Below are positions 57,602 to 64,000 of a stretch of 64,000 nucleotides of DNA, in pieces. The DNA lies in NCBI GenBank assembly GCA_035063585.1, contig JAPSGB010000002.1:32001-96000 (forward strand), in the 5' to 3' direction. Source of the DNA: Polyangiaceae bacterium. GTDB lineage: Bacteria; Myxococcota_A; Polyangia; Polyangiales; Polyangiaceae. The stretch's first letter is position 1. Every line of letters starts with the position of its first letter. The notes under the pieces are model-generated. The model saw only the letters and a list, made by a program, of their open reading frames with translations, was not told the DNA's origin and did not search any database. The position numbers and the translations under genes were made by a program.

Positions 57602-59563
57602 TCAGGACGCGGGCCCAAGGTGAGCGGATCTCGGCTCCGCGAGCCCGGCGGGGGTGACGGACGGGCCCAAGAGCTCGACGAGCTCGGCGTCCTCGATGGA
57701 CTCCTTATCCATCAGCACGGCCACCAGGCGGTCGAGCGCCGCGCGGTGCTCGGTGATCAGCCGATTCGCCTCGGCGGCCGAGCCCCCCAGGATCCGCCGC
57801 GTCTCCTCCTCGATGAGGTGGACCGTGGCGTCGCTGGTGCCGCCCTCGGTCGCGATCATCTGACCGAGGAAGGGGTGCTCGGTGCGATGCTCGTGAAAGA
57901 CCGGGCCGACCTTCGGGCTCATCCCGAAATGGGCGACCATCTTGAAAGCGATGTCGGTAGCCTTCTGGAGGTCATTGGCGGCGCCCGACGAGATCCCGCC
58001 GAGCACGACCTGCTCGGCGGTGTAGCCGCCCATCAGGACTCGGAGCTGCGCCTCGAGCTCCTCCTGGGTCATGATGTGCTTGTCCGCGGCGGGCGTCTGT
58101 TGGGTCACGCCGAGCGCCATGCCGCGCGGGATGATGGTCACCCGATGCAGCGGCTCGGCGTGCGCCGAGAAATGTGCGACGACGGCGTGCCCTGCCTCGT
58201 GAATCGCCACCCGATGCTTCTCGGCCGGATCCAGCTTCGTCTCCCGCGGATCGCCGAGGACGATCTTGTCGTAGGCGCTCCGAAAATCTGCGGCCTCGAT
58301 GGCGTTGGCGCCGCGTCGAGTCGCGGAGAGCGCGGCCTCGTTTACCAAGTTGGCGAGATCCGCTCCGGAGAATCCCGGGGTATTCGCCGCGGTGCGCTCG
58401 AGCTCGACGTCGGCGCCGAGCGGCTTGTCGCGCGTGTGGACCTTCAGGATGGCCAGGCGCGCCGCGAGCTCCGGGCGATCGATGATGACGCGGCGATCGA
58501 AGCGGCCCGGGCGGAGCAGCGCGGAGTCGAGCACGTCCGGTCGGTTGGTCGCCGCGAGCACCACCACGAGCTCGTTACGGGTGAAGCCATCCATCTCCGA
58601 GAGGAGCTGGTTCAGCGTCTGCTCGCGCTCGTCGTGGCCTCCGCCGACGCCGGCGCCGCGTGAGCGGCCGACCGCGTCGATCTCATCGATGAAGACGATG
58701 GCCGGCGCGTTCTTCTTCGCTTCTTCGAACAGCTCACGGACTCGCGCCGCACCGACACCCACGAACAACTCGATGAACTCCGAGCCATTGATCGAGAAAA
58801 ATGGCACCCCGGACTCGCCGGCGACCGCACGCGCGAGCAGCGTCTTGCCGGTCCCGGGCGGGCCGACCAGGAGCACGCCCCTCGGCACCTTGCCTCCGAG
58901 GCGGCGAAACTGGTCGGGCTGCTTCAAGAAATCGACGATCTCGGTCAGATCCTGCTTCGCGGCGCGGAGCCCCGCGACGTCTTCGAATTTGACGGCGACC
59001 TGGGACTGTCGCTCGAAGCGGCGCGAGCGCCCCTTCATCATGCCGCCGAACGGACCTCCCGCGCCGCCCGCCATCATCTTTTGGGCACGCCGCGACATCC
59101 ACAGCCAAAACGCGATGATGAGGAGCAGCGGGAGGAAGCCGAGCAGCGCCTCGACCAACAGGGACTGGCCTTCCGTCTCGACGTCGACCGCGACCGCCTT
59201 CTCACGCAGGAGCGGCAGGAGATCCTTGTCCTCCTGAGCGGGGAGCACCGTCCGAAACGCGCTCGTCTCTACCCCCTCGACCTTCTGCTTCTGCGCGAGG
59301 GTGCCCCGAACTTCCTGACCGCGCAGCGTGACCTTCTTCACGTGCCCGCCCGAGACGAGCTGATAGAAGGCCGTATAGCTGATGGGCGGATCGGCGCTCT
59401 TCTTGGCGCCGAAGTACTGCCAGCCCCAAAAGCCGAGCAGCAAGAGCCCGATCAGCGCCCACCCCTTCCAGGAGGGCCGCGCGGGCGAACCCTCGGACGG
59501 CGTGGGCGGGCGGCCCGCGGGAGGCGCACCGCTCGGCATGGGGCCACGGGTCGAGTCGGGCAT
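57602..59563 (-). CDS. ftsH: ATP-dependent zinc metalloprotease FtsH
   Basis: Two [41 protein letters not shown]. Confidence 0.96.
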   Translation of the reverse strand: MPDSTRGPMPSGAPPAGRPPTPSEGSPARPSWKGWALIGLLLLGFWGWQYFGAKKSADPPISYTAFYQLVSGGHVKKVTLRGQEVRGTLAQKQKVEGVETSAFRTVLPAQEDKDLLPLLREKAVAVDVETEGQSLLVEALLGFLPLLLIIAFWLWMSRRAQKMMAGGAGGPFGGMMKGRSRRFERQSQVAVKFEDVAGLRAAKQDLTEIVDFLKQPDQFRRLGGKVPRGVLLVGPPGTGKTLLARAVAGESGVPFFSINGSEFIELFVGVGAARVRELFEEAKKNAPAIVFIDEIDAVGRSRGAGVGGGHDEREQTLNQLLSEMDGFTRNELVVVLAATNRPDVLDSALLRPGRFDRRVIIDRPELAARLAILKVHTRDKPLGADVELERTAANTPGFSGADLANLVNEAALSATRRGANAIEAADFRSAYDKIVLGDPRETKLDPAEKHRVAIHEAGHAVVAHFSAHAEPLHRVTIIPRGMALGVTQQTPAADKHIMTQEELEAQLRVLMGGYTAEQVVLGGISSGAANDLQKATDIAFKMVAHFGMSPKVGPVFHEHRTEHPFLGQMIATEGGTSDATVHLIEEETRRILGGSAAEANRLITEHRAALDRLVAVLMDKESIEDAELVELLGPSVTPAGLAEPRSAHLGPAS

Positions 59564-59623
59564 CGTCGTCAGCGCAACCTAACGACGATGCTCGACTTTG
59601 TCGACCGCGCCGCGGATAGCCGG

Positions 59624-61381
59624 TTACTTCGCGGGCTCCTCGACCTGGAGCGGCTGACCCTCCGCGTCCACCGGCTTGCCGTTCATCGACTGGATGTGGA
59701 ACTCGACGCGGCGGTTGTTCTGGCGGCCCTCGTCGGTGTCATTCGAGTCGATCGGGCGCTCCTGGCCGAAGCCTGCGCTCTTCAGCCGCTTCTTGTCGAT
59801 CCCGCGCTTGACGAGCCACGCGACCACGGAGGCGGCGCGGCGCTGCGAGAGCCCCTTGTTATAAGCCGGAGCGCCCTTGTTGTCGGTGTGACCTTCCACG
59901 CTGATCGCGGTGATCTCCGGGTGGTCCTTCATGATCGACAGGACCGCGTTCAGGATGTCGTCGCTCTCCTTGCGGATCGTCGCGCTATTGGTCTGAAATT
60001 CCACGCGCTCGGTGATCCGGATCTGACCCTTCTCGATCCGAGCCTTCGGGCAGCCGTTCTTCTTCGGATCCGACGAGGCCGGTCCCGGTTGATCCGGGCA
60101 GGCGTCCTCGGGATCGAGAATCCCATCGCCGTCGCTGTCCTTCGGCGGCGGACACCCATTCGTCTTCGGGTCGTCGGTCTTCACGCCGGGCTCATCCACG
60201 CAGGCGTCCTCGCGATCGAGGATCCCGTCCTTGTCGCGATCCGCCGGCGGGCACCCGTTCGTCTTCGGGTCATCGGTCTTCTCACCCGGCACGGTCGGAC
60301 AGGCGTCGTCGCGGTCGAGGATCCCGTCGCCGTCGCTGTCCTTGGGCGCCGGGCACCCGTTGGTGCTCGGATCGTCAGTGGCGATGCCGGGCTGATCGGG
60401 GCAGGCATCCTCATCATCATAGATGCCGTCCCCGTCGCGGTCCGAGCGGGCCGCGGGCTTCGCCTCGACGACGAGGTCCGGGGTGAACTCGAGGCTGGCG
60501 AGACCGCGGACCTCGGGGCTACCGAAGCCGCGAGTGAGCCCCGGGCCGACGCCCGCGCCGACGCGCACCTTGCCCGCCGTGTAGTGAGCCCCGATGATGA
60601 CCTCGAACGGAGTCGAGCGGCGCGAGAATACCGCGTCACCGTCGCTCACTACCGTCGAGCCGAAGATCTCGGGCCCGACCACCAGCTTGCCCTGAGCCGT
60701 GCGGAGACCGGCCGCGGCCCGGAAGCTCACCTCGCTACCGATGCGGCCCGCGTCCACCTGCTCGTCGCGCGCGCGATACGCAAAACCGAGCTCGCCGGCG
60801 TAGGTGAACGAGGAGACGTCACCCGCCATCATGATGCGAGGCCCGATCCGCAGCTTGCCATCACCCGCGAAGGCGTCTTCGCTCCCGGTCGGGAGATGTA
60901 GCCTGAGCCCACCGGCGAAGGTGACCGGCCCGCCATGCCGGCCGACCAGCCTCACGTCGAGATCGACGCGCGCGTCTCCTACCGACGTGTCATTAGTGGG
61001 AGTGAGCGTGCCGCCGAGCACGGTGGCCGCCGAGCTCTTCTGGTACACGAGCAAGGGGACGTTCACGCCGAGGCGCAGCCGGTCCCACATGACGAGCGAG
61101 CCGCCGAGGTGAAGGAAGACCTGGTGCTCGATGAGCGGGCGGATCTCGTCGCCGTCTGCGTCGTAGAGGACCAGCGGCTTGTAGGCCCAGTCTCCCACCA
61201 CGCCGAGGGCCGGGCGAAAGTGCCCGCGCAGATCGAGGGAGTCGGCCGCGAACCACTCGCTGCCACGATCGGAGGGCTCGAAGCGGTCGAGCGCGAACCC
61301 GCTCTGCGCGTGGGCGAGGGGAGCCGACACGAGCGCCGCGCCCGCGGCCGCCCATGAAATGAAAGTACGACGAATAGACAT
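59624..61381 (-). CDS. Outer-membrane protein: beta-barrel, TSP3 Ca-binding repeats and OmpA_C domain (TraB-like architecture)
   Basis: Signal peptide; four D.DGDGI.D..DACP....NGCP repeats; EGHTD..G...YN..LSQRRA, GFGQERP, NRRVEF. Confidence 0.92.
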   Translation of the reverse strand: MSIRRTFISWAAAGAALVSAPLAHAQSGFALDRFEPSDRGSEWFAADSLDLRGHFRPALGVVGDWAYKPLVLYDADGDEIRPLIEHQVFLHLGGSLVMWDRLRLGVNVPLLVYQKSSAATVLGGTLTPTNDTSVGDARVDLDVRLVGRHGGPVTFAGGLRLHLPTGSEDAFAGDGKLRIGPRIMMAGDVSSFTYAGELGFAYRARDEQVDAGRIGSEVSFRAAAGLRTAQGKLVVGPEIFGSTVVSDGDAVFSRRSTPFEVIIGAHYTAGKVRVGAGVGPGLTRGFGSPEVRGLASLEFTPDLVVEAKPAARSDRDGDGIYDDEDACPDQPGIATDDPSTNGCPAPKDSDGDGILDRDDACPTVPGEKTDDPKTNGCPPADRDKDGILDREDACVDEPGVKTDDPKTNGCPPPKDSDGDGILDPEDACPDQPGPASSDPKKNGCPKARIEKGQIRITERVEFQTNSATIRKESDDILNAVLSIMKDHPEITAISVEGHTDNKGAPAYNKGLSQRRAASVVAWLVKRGIDKKRLKSAGFGQERPIDSNDTDEGRQNNRRVEFHIQSMNGKPVDAEGQPLQVEEPAK

Positions 61382-61531
61382 TTGGGAGGCATCCTATCCC
61401 GAGAGCGCGGGCGAAATGCACACCTTTTCTCATGCCACCCTCCGCGCCTCGTCCCGCGCCTCCTCCCGCGCCCCTGCGCCGCCCCCCTGCGCCCTTTCCA
61501 CTGGAGCGGAATTTCAGGCTCCACGGGGGAC

Positions 61532-63757
61532 TCACCGCGCCGGCGCGGCCGCCACGGAGCCCACGCTCGGCTGGCCCGGCTCCGGAGCTCGGGCCTCGAG
61601 CGCTTCACGCAGCACCCGGGCGAGCGCGGCCTCGTCGAAGGGTTTCTCGAGCAGGCGCGCGCCCTCGACGAGCGCGCGGCCGGCGAGCGGCCCGTCGATG
61701 TAGCCGGACATGTAGACGACCGCGAGGCGCGGGCGAATCGCCATGAGCCGGCGGGCCACCTCGCGACCGTCGAGGTCAGGGGTCACGAGATCCGTGAGCA
61801 GCCCGTCGATGACGCGAGTCTCGTCGGCCGCGAGGGCAAGCGCCTCCGCGCCGCTCTTCACGCCGAGCACCGTGTAGCCTCGCGCGGTGAGGCTCCGCTC
61901 GACGATCGACAGGAGCCGCGGCTCATCCTCCACCACGAGCACGGTCTCCGAGCCGCCGGCGGCTCGACCCGGCGTCACCGCCTCCGCGGCTGCCTCGGGC
62001 TGGTTCGCCGCTGGGAAGCGCAGGGAGAACGTGCTGCCCTCACCGAGCGCGCTCGAGACGCTGGCCTGTCCGCCCACCTGACGCGTGACGGCCCGCACGA
62101 TGGCGAGCCCGAGACCGGTGCCACGGCCACGCTCCTTGGTCGTGAAGAACGGCTCGAAGACTCGCGCCATCGTCGCCGCGTCCATCCCCTCGCCGTCGTC
62201 GTGCACGCTCAGGCGCACGCCGCCCTCCTCCTCGGCGGTGACGCTGATGGTGACCCTCCCACCGCGCGGCATCGCGTCGCGTGCGTTCACCACCAAGTTC
62301 AGCACCGCTTGCTCGATCTGCCCCGGATCGGCGCTGATCAGCGCTGCCGCGGAAGGACGCTCGGTGCGAAGCTCGATGCTGGCTGGCAAGAGCCGCCGGA
62401 GCATCCGCTCGAGATTCGAGACGAGCTCACCGAGATCGAAGGTCTGGGCTCGCAGAGAGTCGCGTCGGACGAAGCCGAGGAGCTGCCGGGTGAGTGCGGT
62501 CGCGCGGCTCGTCACCTCCTCGATCGCGCTCAGCCCATCGAGGATCTCGGGGTTCCCTGGCGCGCGCTCCCGAATCAGCGCGACGTAGCCGGCGATGACG
62601 CCGAGCAAGTTATTGAAATCATGCGCTACGCCACCTGCGAGTCGGCCGATGGCGTCCATCTTCTGCGCTTGCCGCAGGAGCTCCTCGAGCTGCCGAGTCT
62701 CGGTGACGTCGCGCGAGATCGTCTCCGCGGCGACCAGCCGCCCATCGTCGTCGAACACGCTCACGCCTTGGAGCTCCAGCCACACCGTGTGGCCATCCTT
62801 GTGGCGCCAGCGCAAGGTCAGCGGACGATCGAAGGAGGGAAAGTGCGCCTGCGCCGAGGCGAGCAGCGCCTGGTCGTCCGGGTGGATCATCGTGGTGAAG
62901 AGGCCCGGATCCTGGTAAAATTCCTCCGGAGTGTAGCCGAGGATCGCGGTCACCGACGGGCTGATGAACTCCATTCGCGGCTCCGGCAAGAGCGCGAAGC
63001 GCGAGATGATGTCTCGCGCGTTCTCGGCCAGCAGCCGAAAGCGCTGCTCGCTCCGCTCGAGCTCCGCTGCCACCAGGTGGCGCGAGGTGACATCCATGCT
63101 GGTGCCCACCACGAGCCGAGCGCGGCCGTCGGGGTCGCGGCTCGCTACCGTCGCCCAGGTCTCGAGCCAGGACCAGCCTCCGCTGGCGTTTCGGAATCGG
63201 ATCTCATGGTGGAGCACCTCGCCCTCGACGGCCGTTCGGTAGCGCTCCTCGATGGCTCGGTACGCCTCACGGTCGTCGGGGTGCACGAAGCGCTCGGGCC
63301 ACCCCTGCTCTTCGCGACCGAGCTCGCCACGCGCGTAGCCGAGCCGATCGGCGAGCCTGCGGTTCGTATACACGGTGCGGCCGTCGAGCACGTCGAACGC
63401 GAAGATGGTGGCTGGCGTCGAGCTCGCCAGGCGCGACAGGAAGCCCTCGCGCTCGCCGAGCGTGGCCTCTACGTCCTTCTGCTCGCGCTCGAGCCGAGCG
63501 ATGGCGCGGGTCGTCCGCACGACGAGCGCCGCGGCGAGCCCGAACCCCACCCCGGCGAGCAGCAAGAGGAGCTGATGCGAGCCCGCCCGCGCGGGCTCCC
63601 ACGCGTCCATCGTGACCCAGAGCAGCGCCACCCAGACGAGCCCGATCCCGACGAGCAGCGCGCGCTGCGAAGCCCCTTTGCTCCGGTCGGACAAACCAAG
63701 TCCGTATATATCACCGAACCCGGACCCGCTCGCACCCGACCGACCCGCTGGAATCAT
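61532..63757 (-). CDS. Hybrid sensor histidine kinase (2 TM, 2 PAS, HisKA, HATPase, receiver)
   Basis: VHPDD x2, GGVAHDFNNLL, NLVVNARDAM, DDGEGM, FEPFFTTK, GTGLGL, VVEDE, TDLVTP, KPF. Start uncertain. Confidence 0.94.
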   Translation of the reverse strand: MIPAGRSGASGSGFGDIYGLGLSDRSKGASQRALLVGIGLVWVALLWVTMDAWEPARAGSHQLLLLLAGVGFGLAAALVVRTTRAIARLEREQKDVEATLGEREGFLSRLASSTPATIFAFDVLDGRTVYTNRRLADRLGYARGELGREEQGWPERFVHPDDREAYRAIEERYRTAVEGEVLHHEIRFRNASGGWSWLETWATVASRDPDGRARLVVGTSMDVTSRHLVAAELERSEQRFRLLAENARDIISRFALLPEPRMEFISPSVTAILGYTPEEFYQDPGLFTTMIHPDDQALLASAQAHFPSFDRPLTLRWRHKDGHTVWLELQGVSVFDDDGRLVAAETISRDVTETRQLEELLRQAQKMDAIGRLAGGVAHDFNNLLGVIAGYVALIRERAPGNPEILDGLSAIEEVTSRATALTRQLLGFVRRDSLRAQTFDLGELVSNLERMLRRLLPASIELRTERPSAAALISADPGQIEQAVLNLVVNARDAMPRGGRVTISVTAEEEGGVRLSVHDDGEGMDAATMARVFEPFFTTKERGRGTGLGLAIVRAVTRQVGGQASVSSALGEGSTFSLRFPAANQPEAAAEAVTPGRAAGGSETVLVVEDEPRLLSIVERSLTARGYTVLGVKSGAEALALAADETRVIDGLLTDLVTPDLDGREVARRLMAIRPRLAVVYMSGYIDGPLAGRALVEGARLLEKPFDEAALARVLREALEARAPEPGQPSVGSVAAAPAR

Positions 63758-63840
63758 GCTCGAAGGTAGCAATTCGGCCTGGAGGCCGACCCCCTTCACA
63801 TTGACCGGCGCGCGGCCGCCGGGCGAGAGTCCGGTGCCTC

Positions 63841-63913
63841 GCCCCCGTAGCTCAGTGGATAGAGCAGCGGTTTCCTAAACCGTTGGTCGCAAGTTCGACT
63901 CTTGCCGGGGGCG
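63841..63913 (+). tRNA. tRNA-Arg (anticodon CCT)
   Basis: Cloverleaf: GCCCCCG/CGGGGGC acceptor stem, GCTC/GAGC D arm, GCGGT-TTCCTAA-ACCGT anticodon arm, GCAAG-TTCGACT-CTTGC T arm; CCA not encoded. Confidence 0.97.
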
Positions 63914-64000
63914 CCGGAGCAGCGGCTCGGGTCCCGAGCGCCGCGCGCCCGCCCGTCACGCGAGCAGTCCGGGAGCGAGGATGAAGAGCAGCCCGAAGCC

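Noticed and set aside
63841..63913. tRNA-Arg as attachment site of an island in this window
   Set aside because: No integrase and no duplicated tRNA 3' end seen; sequence beyond 64000 is not visible.

Overview
Very GC-rich bacterial DNA. The gene style points to Myxococcota, probably Polyangiaceae-like (inference): Hanks-type kinase, MYXO-CTERM protein, Gly/Ser/Thr-linker lipoproteins and a TSP3-OmpA protein. The window is mostly housekeeping and envelope/signalling genes: metK, glnB-glnA, ruvB, zwf, ftsH, a P-type ATPase, a beta-oxidation multifunctional enzyme, two L,D-transpeptidases, two FadL-like barrels, several histidine kinases and tRNA-Arg(CCT). The standout is ~44999-46820, a ~1.8 kb stretch with no credible ORF. 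On the minus strand it is bracketed by a strong sigma70-like promoter (AT-rich UP tract and a perfect DnaA box) and a textbook intrinsic terminator. It is packed with GNRA/YNMG-capped hairpins and carries an internally repeated motif, so it is a candidate large structured non-coding RNA that I cannot match to rRNA, tmRNA, RNase P or group I/II introns. Secondary findings: a Fur-box-like operator on a barrel plus Cys-rich lipoprotein pair, a TerB-like/eukaryote-type PPP phosphatase fusion, a kinase/pseudokinase pair and phased repeats before glnA. All family calls come from motif recognition by eye; no searches were run, and several start codons are best guesses.
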